A stretch of DNA of 64,000 nt from Takakia lepidozioides (GCA_030704615.1 CM060731.1:81902001-81966000), one strand, 5' to 3'; positions 1-12,435 are shown, numbered from the stretch's first letter. A program made the numbers and translations. Notes: generated by a model not told the origin, from the letters alone.

Positions 1-2
1 AC

Positions 3-1030
3 TGCCTGTACCGTCTCGGTAGGCAGAGAGACCATTGAGGGAAGTGTACTCCGCACTCTGCGTTGCTCAGCCAGAGCCAAGCTGATAATCCAGGTCAAGC
101 AATTGAGATCCATTGCTTGCCCCAACACTTGACGACGTGATGCCTCAGAAAGAGACGACACCGCCGTGGTACCAGTGGTAAAACCCATTGCCCGCTCACG
201 CTCGTCAGCATTAGGCTCCACTAACTGCTGCAACTGAGCATCCCACAGGAGGCCAGGTCCACTATCCCGGAAAGCATGCGATCCTGGGAAGCTGAGCAGT
301 GTAGGTAATGCTGCTCGTGGTTGACCCACCTTGTTGACCACTGCCAAAGGCGAACGGTCATCGTGTCTCACACGCTGAGACTGCCTCCCTGTGTCCAGAA
401 TGTTATCCACTGTGAGATGTGCTGGCCGCTGCACCCCATCAAATGCACGCTTGAGCAGTGCGGGTGGCATCAAGTTAGTCCACCATAGCCGTGGACGATG
501 AGCCCGTGACCCCACTGTAGCTGCATCTAGCAACACTGCTGACCCAAGCCACGACCGGACTTGATGCACACTGGCCATCACCCTGGCCCGAGAATCGCCC
601 ATCAGTGGCACATTCTCCAAGATGTATGCTGGAGATACAGCTTGATGAAGCTGCAAGTGGCGCAAAACCCGCACCATCTCCCAAAACAGACCCGACCTCG
701 AGTCTCGCAATCCATTGCCATGCCCGGCTGATGAATGCCCTTGGCAGGGCCAACCTGCCACTACCAGATCAATGGAGCCAACCCGCTCCAAATCCTGCGC
801 CCCCAGCAACGAAATGTCTGCTGGCAAGGCCTGCTGATATCCACGAATTGCAGACACCGACAACAACTCAGGGTACCGCTGCACCAACTGAGCAACATGG
901 CGAAGTGAAACGCGTCGTGCAGTCTCATCCCTCTCCACATACAGGTAACGCCGAACTCGTACACCTGCTGTAACACAGCAGCCAATCCGGTGCTGATCCC
1001 GCCAAACAAGTCCAGAAGACAAATGCCTTC
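3..1030 (-). CDS. DNMT3-like C5 cytosine DNA methyltransferase domain of the retroelement polyprotein (1-nt frameshift at ~968)
   Basis: Manual translation: motif I CLLDLFGGISTG, then after the shift II RYLYVERD, III ADI, IV IDLVVAGWPCQGHS (PCQ 741-749), VI YILENVP (ENV 609-617), VIII LDAATVGSRAHRPRLWWTNL, IX ERERAMGF, X SRRQVLGQAMDLNCL. No stop codon from ~967 to position 3. Confidence 0.95.
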
Positions 1031-2610
1031 ATCCGGATACTGCCACACAATAGGTGTGGTGTCCAATGGAGACAATTGAGGTGGTCCTGGTGCAATCCCC
1101 ACACTCTCCTCCTCTCCTGACGGTACAAAAGCCTCCACCCAGGCTTGTTGCACCCGTCGATCAGCATCCCGCTGCAAATCCTTGCTCGTGCCCCACAATG
1201 GAGTCTGAGCAACCATGGTAGGCAACTCCGCCATACCATACATGTCATCCTGCTCTCCCGGAGGTGGTACATCCTCTGAATGAGCATTGCCCTCAAGCAA
1301 CTCTCTAGGCCAACTCACTGCCGCTGTGAATGCTGCTAGTGTCGGCATCTTGCCTCGCTGGGCAACCGCAACTCCTCCTATGAACGTCACAGGGAGCTGC
1401 ACACGCCGGCCCTCCCCTGACTGCCATGCAGGCCTATAGGAAGCTGACTCCTCCCAAAAATCCAGGGTGAAGCCCATGGGGTACAACACTGCCCCACCAA
1501 CCAGGACATCGTATGAGACTGCGTCTGTCACAATGGCCTTGGCTCGCATCACTGAGCCATCTGTAGGGTGATCCGGCCGTAGTCTGATAGCCAACTCACG
1601 CCGTGTCATGCCCCGAGCCTGCTCCGATCCTCCCAGAGACGTCTGTATCTGGAAAGGACAAGGCTCCATATCCGCCTCCGTGAGGCCCAAGCCTGCAATA
1701 GCAGCTCTGCCCAGCATCAATGGCTGAGCTCCCGAGTCCAACAAGACCCGCAGTGGCCGGTACCTCTTGCCTGCCGGTCCACTCAAACAGAAAATGCCAT
1801 CCTGGTTGTCTAACATGACAACTCCAGGTGTCACCATGGCGCGCTCAATGGCTGGCCTAGCTGGCAGCTCCATCAACCTGGCAGCTGCAGCTTGCCATGG
1901 CGCCGCCGTGGCAGTCTTGACCCTCAAATCCTAGTCCGCAGAAGATGAAGTAACCTCCCCACTCTCACAGAGTGTAGCTGCCAGCCTGAACACCTCAGCT
2001 GGTTTTACCCCCGGCGTCGCAATCATGGTAGCCGAGAACAATGGAGCCTGGCACACAGATGTGGCCGCTCCTAGCAGCACACTAGCTGCCGTAGCCTTGG
2101 CAACACTAGGTAGTGGTGCTACCCGTGTAGCTCTCCCCAATGGCATAGTAACCTCCGCCTCGGTAACAGTCGGGCGAGAACTAGGTGCCATGGATGGCGT
2201 CGACACTGTCTCCGCCAATGTGAATGACTGAGGAAGCCTAGCCTGACGGCTTGCCTCCCCACGCTGTGGATCCAACTCCACCTCTGCACCTCGTGGCTCA
2301 GGAACTCGTGCTGCTCCTCGAGTCACGGCTGCAGCAGACTCCACCTGCACTAGTGGTAGTGCTGCTCCACACATGAATCCCATGCCTCCCATATCTCCTC
2401 CCTCAGGAGCAGGAGGTGGACCATCCGGCCTTAGAGCCGGTACCACCTGAGCTGTAGCCATGGCAGCGAGCCTCTGCTCTAGCTGCTGAAGCCGGTTGGC
2501 CATGCCTTGGTCAACACCCTGACCTCCGCGTCCTTGGCCACGTTGAGCTTGCCCTTGGCCTGCACCTCGTGGCTGGCCACCTCGTCCTCTCTGGGCTGCT
2601 CCACCTCGCC
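1031..2610 (-). CDS. Gag-pol linker and retropepsin-type aspartic protease (in-frame TAG at 1931-1933)
   Basis: RVLLDSGAQPLMLG and YDVLVGGAVL motifs. ORFs 1931..2503 and 761..1927 are in the same frame, separated by a single TAG. Confidence 0.85.
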
Positions 2611-3927
2611 CCGGCCACCATTGTTCCCTTGGAACTGGCCTGGGCGCAACTCAGGATGCAAACCATAACACTGGGCCTCTCCATGCCCGTGCTTGCCACA
2701 ATGCCCACACTGCAACTGTGCAGGCTGTGCATGTGCCGACCCTTTGCCTCCCTCTGGGCAATCCTTCTTGACATGGGGTCCTCCACATGTCCAGCACACC
2801 ACATCCGCCCGTTGTTGGCCAGCAAATGAAGGGAGAGACCCCTGCATCTGAGGTCCTCTCTGCCCTTCCCTGAGCTTCACCTGAGCCCCCTTGTTGCCTT
2901 GAGCACGTTGAGGTAGTGGTTGGCTAGGAGCACCACTACCCCGTGGTGTCTCCTTAGCAAATCCCACCATGACCACTCGTTCCTCCACCATGTTGAGCTC
3001 TATCCGCTCTGCCAGCAAAAACACATTTGCTAAGGTGGGTTGGGCCGCTTGTAGGAGAGTTGCATCCCGCACCCTTCTCCTCAGCTCCTTGTCCAATATC
3101 CCATACCAGAATTGGACTGCCTGAGCTTCCGTAACCCCTTGGGTTACATTTATCAAGCGCCTCATGCGAGTGAAAGCCTCCCTCAAGCTCTCGGTCGGCT
3201 TCCGTTGGAACTCTTGCAAGCTCCGCAACTTCTCTGTCCTCACCCCTTGGTAGTTCCCTCTCAACTCTTCGAAGAACTCCACAACAGGGTTGAAGGCAGG
3301 CACGGGTGCTAGTGCTGGTGCGGTAGTGGCTTGGGTGGACGTCGTAGCTACTGTACCACCAGTCCCACTAGTTCCACTGCTACTTGCTGAAGCTGCCGGT
3401 GCAGCGGCAGGTGTAGCCACTGCCCTCGTGGCTCTAGTGCCCCTAGTGATGGAGACATAGTCGGGTGACCAGTACATCCTCCACTCCTCGATCTCAACCT
3501 CATGCCCCCGCCTGAACTCATGGTAATCATCCATAGGCGGCCCCTCAAGGTGCTGAAACAGCCCTTTCCATGCCATGAACGGCGTAAATAGTTGTGGATT
3601 GCGCATTTGCTGCAAATCACACCAACTATCAAACTCTTGGATAAAATCATCCAACTCGATGGTGCCCACCGCCCCAGAGTACCTTCGTGGCCCCTTGGTA
3701 GCTCCATACATCTCCTCCATTGTGTCCCACAACAATGGCAAAGAAACAACTTGCACCGCCGGTATGAGTCCTCCTGATTCACAATCCGAATCAGAACCTT
3801 CCGTGGAAGACACAGGAGGTGAAGGTGGCCTAAACCGCACACCTCGTCTCGTGTACCCACTAGTATCGCTAGTGCTCGAACCGGCACTGTCCCCAGCAAC
3901 TAGTGGCACCTCCGTGTTGACACTCAA
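2611..3927 (-). CDS. Gag with capsid-like region and two zinc knuckles
   Basis: FQRKPTESLREAFTRM capsid-like motif; CWTCGGPHVKKDC and CGHCGKHGHGEAQC. A 1-nt shift in the G run at ~2610 restores a GRGG-rich linker into the 1931..2503 frame. Confidence 0.85.
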
Positions 3928-4659
3928 CCGGTCATGAACATGTCCCTAACCCCCTCTCCACAAGGTAACCGGGTAGAGAACCTGTTGCGGCTTATGGTTT
4001 GGAATACTAAGTTCCTAACATAGCCTACACCTGTACCTGCATCCACCGCAAGCACTCCTATGGTTGGCTGGTCATCACCTCCAACCTCACCACAGGAGAA
4101 CAATGATGGTCTGGCTGGTCATCACCCCAGCCTCACCATCGACAGCATGCTCTAGGACTGGCCGGTGATCAAATCCGGACCAATCACCTATAAAAACAAG
4201 CGCCCACACAAAACTAGCATGGCGCACAGTCAAGCATGCAGGTATGGAGGGGATCCAAACACAAGAAATCAGAACGACAACTCCCCCACACCAAAAACAA
4301 CTCCACGGTGTTGCTCCTGCAAGGACACCCCAGCCCAAACCCAGACTGACTCTTGCCTCCACCTACGGAAAGGTCTTGGCCTAATGAGAGGGTGGAAACT
4401 ACGAGGAAGAGAAGCTAAAGCAATGCCTAACCCCAGCATGCCCTCATCCCAACACTCTTCCTCTCCTCTCTTCCCTCACTTGCATGACCATGGGAATATC
4501 ATGAAGATACTCCTCAAACCGCCCTCCACGAGCTTCAAAATTCGGCCTTCAAGACCACATGTCAGTCCTTAGGCAGTCCACCAGTGCCTCCACGAGTCAG
4601 CACAGGCCATCCACAGGTCAACACGGGCCACCACAGACCAGCACAGGCCCACACAGCTC

Positions 4660-5667
4660 ACTGGTCACAGCCGTCACAGTCCCACAGGCCACTGGGCACA
4701 GCCTGTCACAGCCCCTCACAGCCCGTCACAGCTCGCCACAGCCTGTCACAGCCCCGCACAGCCCGTCACAGCCCCAAAGGCCTCAGGCACGACTTGTCAC
4801 AGCCCGTCACAGCCCCAAAGGCCACGGGCACAGCCTGTCACAGCCCCTCACAGCCCGTCACAGCCCCACAGGCCACTGGCACAGCCTGTCACAGCCCCTC
4901 ATAGCCCCAAAGGCCACGGGCACAGCCTGTCACAGCCCCACAGGCCTCAGGCACGGCCTGACACAGCCCCTCACAGCCCGTCACAGCCCCAAAGGCCTCA
5001 GGCACGGCCTGTCATAGCCCCTCACAGCCCATCACAGCCCCCAAGGCCACCGGCGTAGCCCGTCACAGGCCCTCACAGCCCGTCACGACCCCGAAGGCCA
5101 CCGGCACAGGCCCTCACAGCCCGTCACAGCCCCGAAGGCCACCGGCGTAGCCCGGCACAGCCCATCACAGCCCTAAAGGCCACCGCGCAGCCCGACACAC
5201 AGCCCCAAAGGCCTCAGGCACGGCCTGACACAGCCCCTCACAGCCCGTCACAGCCCCAAAGCCTCAGGCACGGCCTGTCACAGCCCCTCACAGCCCGTCA
5301 CAGCCCCAAAGGCCTCAGGCACAGCCTGTCACAGCCCCTCACAGCCCCTCACAGCCCCAAAGGCCTCAGGCACGGCCTGTCACAGCCCCTCACAGCCCGT
5401 CACAGCCTCAAAGGCCTCAGGCACGGCTTGTCACAGCCCCTCACAGCCCATCACAGCCCCAAAGGCCATGGGCACAGCCTGTCACAGCCCCGCACAGCCC
5501 GTCACAGCCCCACAGGCCACTGGGCACAGCCCGTCACAGCCCCACAGGCCACTGGGCACAGCCTGTCACAGCCCCTCACAGCCCCAAAGGCCACGGGCAC
5601 AGCCTGTCACAGCCCCTCACAGCCCGTCACAGCCCCATAGGCCTCAGGCACGGCCTGACACAGCCCC
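4660..5667. repeat. ~1-kb minisatellite of TCACAGCCC(G/C) 10-mers in ~45-50-bp higher-order units
   Basis: Direct reading: reiterated cacagcctgtcacagcccctcacagcccgtcacagccccaaaggcc. Confidence 0.95.
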
Positions 5668-6129
5668 ATCCATGGCCGCTCTGGCAGTTTAGCCATTTCT
5701 CCAAGGGGTTTAGCCACGCCAAGCTAGGGTTTGTGTCTCTTGGACCCTAGGTTTCTTTCCACCGAGCTATGGCGGCTCTCAGGAAATCAGCAAGGTATTC
5801 TTGCTCTTTCGGCTCCCACACACCACCATAGTAGCCCTAAGCCATGAGGTGGTTGCCACAAACCAAGCCTTCTTTCTCACTTAGCCTCCCCAAACACGCC
5901 ACTAAACTCAATGGCAAACAACCAAGCCCTGTTGGTTCCCAGCCCTTGTGAGCACTCATTCAAGCACTCTCCTTGGCCATAGCATCTGTCTTAGAGCCTA
6001 TTCCAGCCCCCTACACCTGCTGCTTCAAGAGTTGCGCTCCCTTCAAGCTTGAAGTTGAAACCCCAACTCACATAGGCCCTACAAGTGCTTTTCTTTCACT
6101 CCAAGTGGAAACCAGCCCTAGACCTTCCG

Positions 6130-6520
6130 TTCTAGCTCTCTAAAGCTTGAAAACAAGAGCCTCAATGGGCTGAAGGCATGCTCCACACATGCCCCACTCT
6201 CACCATAAGAGAATCAGCTCATTTGCTTCATTTCTTGCACCCACAAACCTGAAAATACAAGCTTCAGCAGGCTGAAAGCATGCTCCACATGCCCTACAGG
6301 GAAACCAGCCCCTTCCTTCCTTTCTTGCACTCCCACACCTGAAAGTGCAAGCCTTCACCAGGCTAATAGCATGCTCCACACATGCATTGCCCTCACATAA
6401 GAGAAGTCAGCCCTTCCCTCTTCCTTGCTTGCCCTCCAAGCTTGAAGATGGAAGCTTCAATGAGCTGAATACATGCTCCACACATGCAACCTCTTCACAC
6501 AAGAGATATCAGCCCCCTAT
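6130..6520. repeat. Four diverged ~100-bp tandem units
   Basis: catgctccaca(ca)tgc core recurs at ~6177, 6278, 6369 and 6471, each preceded by a ctgaa/ctaa motif. Confidence 0.7.
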
Positions 6521-7579
6521 CTTGGCTCCTTGGCTCCTTGATGCTCTCTAAGATAAGACTAAGCACTCCACAACCTTTGCCAAGCTCCTAAAACCCTAAG
6601 GCTTACATTTCCAGCCACAAGACACTTCTCTTGTGGTGCAAGAGCTCTTCTTCCAAGCTCTAAAACCCTAGGTGCACATTCCATGGCCTTGCCGCACCTC
6701 TTAGCTCCTGTTCCAGCCCTGCTCTTACCATGACAAGAGCCCTCTCAATGCTGAAGCTCGAGATTGAAACCCAATCTCACCATACTCCACAAAGTGCACT
6801 GATTTGCCCCAAGCCAAATCAGCCCTTTCGCTTGGTCTTGCAATCCTTCACACAATGAAAGCTCGCATTCCCAAGTCCAGTTCTCAGCTTTGCCACCAAA
6901 GCCACTATAACCTGCTCTTGACTGGTCCTCTTCCCAATCGTGCTTGCTCATGCATGTACACAATCTGAAACCATCAAGGTGCTCTGGAATTACCTGCAGC
7001 ATGGTGCTTTCATCTCTGAAGCTGAAGATCGAATGCCAAGGTCTACCACCTCGTAACCCACATCGCCTCCGCTTCTAACAACCAAGAGCTCCACGGTGCT
7101 CCTTGCATAACAACTTGGTTTCTCTCATTCTCAAGAAAAAACCAAGTGCTACAACTAACTCGTATCTGGCACTCACAGATACGAGCTGATCTTTCTCGAG
7201 TGATAAAGAAGAAGAATACAAGCACGAGCTCACAAATCTGAAGCATAAACTCATGCATATATAACCTCATCACTCAAATACAAGTCAAGCCAAGTGCACC
7301 CCACACCATGTGGTATCCACACTACGGCGCCATAGCTAGGCGCGGTGAGTCTCAACTCGAGAAAGATGAGCCTTCCGCGCTTGCCGTGAAGATAACCACT
7401 CCAGGGCCTAAATCTGCCTTGACCCCTGGATTGACACTTGGGCCAATCCCAAATGTCAATATGTAAAAGCTAGCTATTTCCTAGCTAGTTTCACACTAGT
7501 GATAAAATAACTTGACAACTGCTTGAACATGGAAAACCAACTGTGGATAGTTGGGCCATGTTATAGGCACTATTCTTAG

Positions 7580-8095
7580 CCCATTATCTACCTGGCGATT
7601 ATGCACACAAAATGAAGGTGGAGATGTTCAGGTTGAAACAGGAAACCTTGAGCGTTGGCAAATTCAAGACTAGATTTGAAACCCACTCTAGTTACTTTCC
7701 TTCCCTCAGTAAAGAAGACAGAGTTGATTTCTTTCTTTGTGGATGGCCTAAATGATTTCCCTAAGTACAAAGTCAAGGCCCACAATCCTTGAGCAGAAGG
7801 TGAGGCCTATCGCTTGTCATGCAACTATGAAAGCGAGATCAGGGCACAAAAAATTGTGACTCATGCTCGTAAATTCAAGCCAGCTACAGCACCGTCTTGG
7901 CAGCCAGCCAAGAAAAAGGGGGACTGGAAAAGGTCCAAGCCATATAATAAGAGGTAGGATGGCTCGAATATTCGAAGGCCATCGTAGGTAGAACCCCTGC
8001 ACGGCTCATTGTCAAAGAACAGGAAGAGCATGAGCGCAAAGGATTGTGCTTTACCTGTCATGAATGGGGTCATAGATCTAAGGAATGTCCCTAAA
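7580..8095 (+). pseudogene. Degraded Ty3/gypsy gag remnant
   Basis: KGLCFTCHEWGHRSKECP zinc knuckle at ~8040-8090; upstream ELISFFVDGL capsid-like piece. Confidence 0.65.
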
Positions 8096-8761
8096 ATCCA
8101 CTTTGGCAGGCAACCACAGTGACAGTTCAGAAAACAACAGGAACACCGTATTCGCTAAAAGTGTACTTTGAAAAGATCATTTTTTTTCCCAATTCCCCTA
8201 GAGGTTGTCGTCAACTACAATGTATAATTAACATCATTGGTGAAATTGTGCACCACCTTATGTATATGTACATATAACTTTCATATAATCATAGATATTA
8301 TAAAAATCAGTCTATTTTGATGCAACATATATAGCTTATGATAATATGTGATCCCCAAAATTTAATGTCTTCTAATGGAATATGCTTTGAACCCGCAACC
8401 ATTTGTGAGAGGATATGCACTTTTAGTGTTGGATTAAATATCAATATATGAAGCGAGACGTTTGTTTTGTTTTGTTTTGTTTTGTTTTGATTTGAGATGT
8501 CCCCAACCGCGAGGACCTAGCCCTAGTGCTTGGTACCATTGGAAAGCCCTCGACGAGGAGGGGTGCACGGGCTTGGTCTCATGATTTTTGGACCTGCAGT
8601 GTGGGAGATGTCGAATTTCAAGTACTTTGGGTCGCTGGAAATTCCCAAAGAATAGCAAAATGGGCTCTCCTTGGACAATGGTTGGAGCCTCGAGAGGAGA
8701 AATATCAAGGGAGAGGTCTCCGGTTCAAATCTGGTCGTAGGCTCTGTGGAAAAAAAATGCA

Positions 8762-9032
8762 TTTGGACTTAGAGGACATTGGACCCTTGGGCCAACGGCA
8801 GAGGCTACCCTAGAGGTCGCACTTGGGCCTCGACATAGGAGACGCATTGGGATACATAGGAAATTGCACTTGGTCTTAGATTTCAACTCTTCATACATGG
8901 GCCAAAGGCACATGCTACCCTAGAGGTCGCACTTGGGCCTCAACATAGGAGACGCACTCGGATACATAGAAGATCTTACACTTGGACTCAGATGACACTG
9001 GACACTTGGGCCAACGGCACAGGCTACCCTAG
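8762..9032. repeat. ~110-bp tandem repeat, about 2.5 copies
   Basis: gctaccctag recurs at ~8803, 8914 and 9023; gaggtcgcacttgggcctc occurs twice. Confidence 0.85.
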
Positions 9033-9238
9033 TGTTGATTATTCAATAGATAATATATATTCAATAATTGAAAAGTTGATTTTGTTTATGATTATTCATC
9101 CTTCATTAATTAGGATTATGATAACGCCTGACCATAATGGAGGTAGTTGACGAGGGCCAAGTCATAGAAAGGGAAAATGAGCTCATATCCGAGTTTCAAC
9201 GGCTGTTGTTGAGGACCAGGTGGCCTATAACCCTAATG

Positions 9239-9850
9239 TTATTCGGGTTTATGGCAGTGTGGCTGGGTTTGCCACCCAGATGTTGATAGACACTGGAAGC
9301 ACTCATAATTTGTTGTCCAAGAATTTTGCTGATAACCTGAACTTGGATTTGTCAAGGCCTCAATCTGATCTTGGATAAGACTCCTCTCTGTGTCAGCAAC
9401 ATCAACCACATTCTCTGCCACTCTAATATCCCTGTCTTGCTGGTCCCCTGCATCACACAAAGCATTGAACTCTTTTTCGGTCTTATCAGCATTGAGCCAA
9501 AATTCTGCTTCAATTGATTTCTTCTGGTCAAGTTCCCTTTGCATCTCAGACTGTCTTCCCTTTCCACAGTTCAGTAACCCAACACTCTCTTCCCCTTTTT
9601 GCATTAAGGACTCTTCCCCGGCTCGGATTGTGGCACCCTCGTGGGAGAGTTTGGCCTCTAGGTCTGCAATCTTGTTCCGACACTCTGCAAGACACCATTG
9701 TCTGTCTTCCATTTGCACCCGAACAGTCCGCGTCTTCTCCATCAAGTCCAACTTCCCTTTCTTTAACCTCTCCAACTCTTCCTTTGCCCCACACATCTCC
9801 TCATACTTCAAATCATGTAGTTCCTGAAGACTCGCTAGGGCAGTTGCCAC
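9239..9850 (-). CDS. Coiled-coil-like ORF of unknown function (exon or TE accessory ORF)
   Basis: 203-codon open frame rich in E/K/L with a heptad-like pattern; no family recognised. Confidence 0.35.
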   Translation of the reverse strand: MATALASLQELHDLKYEEMCGAKEELERLKKGKLDLMEKTRTVRVQMEDRQWCLAECRNKIADLEAKLSHEGATIRAGEESLMQKGEESVGLLNCGKGRQSEMQRELDQKKSIEAEFWLNADKTEKEFNALCDAGDQQDRDIRVAENVVDVADTERSLIQDQIEALTNPSSGYQQNSWTTNYECFQCLSTSGWQTQPHCHKPE

Positions 9851-9944
9851 ATACTCCTGCTCATGTTTTTTCCTTTCAGAGAAAGCCTCATCCAGTACGG
9901 AAAAAAAGGCATAAAGGAGGAATAAAACGAATTCAAATCCTGGT

Positions 9945-10836
9945 ATTTTTCATCCGGCATTGATGGAAAATTATAGATATGATGTCAGTGTCACAACCCC
10001 TACGGAGGTAATTCCTCATACTCTGGTGACTCATCTGGTATAGATGAAATTCAATAAAAGAGGAATGAAAAATTATAGGTCTTTTTTAGAGGTATTTTAG
10101 TGTCCACCCAGGTGATTCTTCCGATATGGATAGAAAACCTTTACAAGTCGGGTGAAAACACCTTTTAAAGTCCATCTGGTATAGATGGAAAATCATGAAA
10201 AGAACACTGATGCAACCGGCCAATTCCGATGAGGGAGACAGAGGGAGAGAGGGGCCAACAAATTTAAAAAGCAAAGTGGGGGGGGGGGGAGTGACCGAGC
10301 AGCTGCAGCTGCTCAGTCACTGCCCCCCCCCCCCCCCCCCATTCTTTATTTATTTTTTGTTTCCTGATCTCTCCCTCTCACTCCCTCTCTCTGTCCCTCT
10401 CTCTCCCTCTCTCTCCCTCCCTCCATGGATCTGGCTGGTTCTTTTAAACCCGATGGTTTAAACCCAGAGATATGTTAATTAATCCCTAATTAACTTCCTT
10501 GATATTTCGTCCATACTGGATGATCTGTTGATGATGAAGTCATCAGATGGTGGATTTACCTTTAACAGAATTCAGCCATACCGGTTGATTTTTTACTTTA
10601 CGGATGACGTCCGAATCTGGTGAATTTCGGTTAATTACCCTACTTGGATCTTTGGTTTATAAGGTCATGAGGTTTCTATCCTAATGAATGCCAAATGATT
10701 TTCATCCCTATCTAGATGTCATCCCTGGCGGATGACACAGGGATGAAAAATTGGGATTTTATCAACCGTTTGTTGATGGATTTCATCCCGTGCGGATGAA
10801 ATCGCGGGGAAATAGCTTCATCTCCTCCCTACCCTA
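9945..10836. repeat. Foldback region with CATC..GATG palindromic motifs, probably derived from a TIR transposon
   Basis: Central perfect palindrome gagcagctgcagctgctc (10297-10314) flanked by gtgac/gtcac, G run/C run and GA-rich/CT-rich arms; many ttcatcc/ggatgaa motifs. Confidence 0.6.
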
Positions 10837-12435
10837 ATTTTCTGCACGACAATCGTGCTTAAGGTTTGCTGGAACTGAGGGATGGTGGCGGAGTGCGCAT
10901 TGAGCCCGATTCAGGGCCTTTGATTACTATGGTGCTGCGTAATTAAGGTCTGCAGGGTTTCTGGCAAGATTACAGTACTTTCTTCCTCTCTTGGGGTGCG
11001 CAATGGCGGCAGTGCCTTCAATTTCCCTGTGACGGTTGTCTCTCATGTTGGCGGGCCATCTACTCAGCTTGTGATCGTTTGTTGTGCCCTTCATTGATCA
11101 TTAAGATACAGCGGCGCATCTTAAGACCTCAGGGAAGTGAATGAATCTGTTAAAATGCTTGGGCAATCCACTCTTTTTGTGTTTTGTTGTTTGTTGGTCT
11201 TGGGAGCCATTTCACAGGCTTCTCTTCCGCAAACCATCAAGGTGATGGCTTGTTTATGCTTTGATTTCTTTCTACTCCTGCTTTGGAATGCATGTTGTAC
11301 AACGATAACAAGCGTGAGACCTGTGATTCACCTGGGGTTCCACAATCCTTACTAACCTGTCGGTTTTTGTGGGGCTTGTGATGGGACCAGGTGAGGGTCC
11401 TCACTTAATATGATTCTTTGAGCTTGAAATTGAATGAAATCGAGCTACTGATGCGACGCCGCAACTTCTGTATCTTTGGGGGAGAAGACCTCTTTCTGCC
11501 TCTTTGCATTGATCTTTCTGGCCTTTGTTCTTAACCTTCTATGGTGGACAACGATTCATTAGGATATTTCTCTCTTGTTCCATGTGGCCTTCTGTTGTGA
11601 CACCGGAGCAATTATATGACGAGCTGGCTGTTTTAAGATATCTAGTACCAAGCAGCAAAGTGGGGAAGCTCTGTTTTTTGACCAAACAGTGTCCTTTATT
11701 GTAAACCTTGGAAAGCCTGGATTCTGTTACGAGCATGCTGTTTTAGGACATTTGGTGCCATGCAAAATTGTAGGGTGGCTCTTATTTGACTAGATAATGT
11801 CTTTGGTTACAAGCCCCTGGATGCTTGGCTTTTTTAATGGACAATGTCCATGGTGGTAAGCACTTGCTGGCTGTTAAGAAGTTGATTCAGGCCATGTGTT
11901 CATGTTGCCTTAGGATAAATATGCCATGGCAGCTTACTAGCCTGTTGGAATGAACAATTCAGACCCTGTGATACTACTCTATGATGGTAAACTGATTAGA
12001 AAAATATCTGCAGTTTTAATATGGTGTTTGTGTTACCAAAACAGTGTGGAATTCTTTTTCCAGCGTGCAATGTAGACATTGGTGGTAATTGTAGCAATCT
12101 AATACTTGATTGCTATTCAACACCTTGTTAATGCATTTATACACTAGCCCCAGACCTAAACCAAGTCGTGGGACAAAAAACAAGGTATCTGGTTATACCC
12201 TAGTGTGTAATTTGCTTAGAAAATGTCTGCAGCTCTGATATGGCCTCCCACCCTGTTTTGTCTTGGATGATTGGGTGGTGTCTTTTTGGGATGATTTGAC
12301 AAGACTGGAAATGTGAGATAGTGCCCTATCCAGGATTGTTTATGTCTTTAATTGACAATGACCCTTATGGGTCCTGTCCATGTCTTGACATGACGTGAAT
12401 ATCTTCCCTCTCTTTAATCATGTTGCTGCGGTTTA

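Larger units (their letters stand above)
1..7495 (-). mobile_element. Ty3/gypsy-like retroelement (5' part) with gag-protease-DNMT3-like polyprotein; continues beyond the left window edge
   Basis: Retrotransposon-type gag with two CCHC knuckles, LLDSGA protease, C5-MTase domain and a ~3.5-kb repetitive 5' region. Candidate outer end is TGTGAAA(-) at 7495, next to an unrelated gag remnant. RT/integrase are not in the window and LTR limits are uncertain. Confidence 0.8.

Noticed and set aside
3-1030. Bacterial restriction-modification MTase or contamination
   Set aside because: It is fused to a retroviral-type protease and gag, has DNMT3-like motifs, and is contiguous with plant repeats.
4559-5692. 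ORFs 4559..5017, 4584..4904, 5428..5640 and 5468..5692 as proteins
   Set aside because: They are translations of a stop-poor minisatellite.
7315-7332. TGGCGCCGT(-) as the tRNA PBS of the DNMT element
   Set aside because: It is not preceded by an LTR-terminal CA, and the match to a tRNA 3' end is short.
10880-12430. 5' part of a host gene whose intron contains the insertions
   Set aside because: No recognisable coding exons could be assembled.
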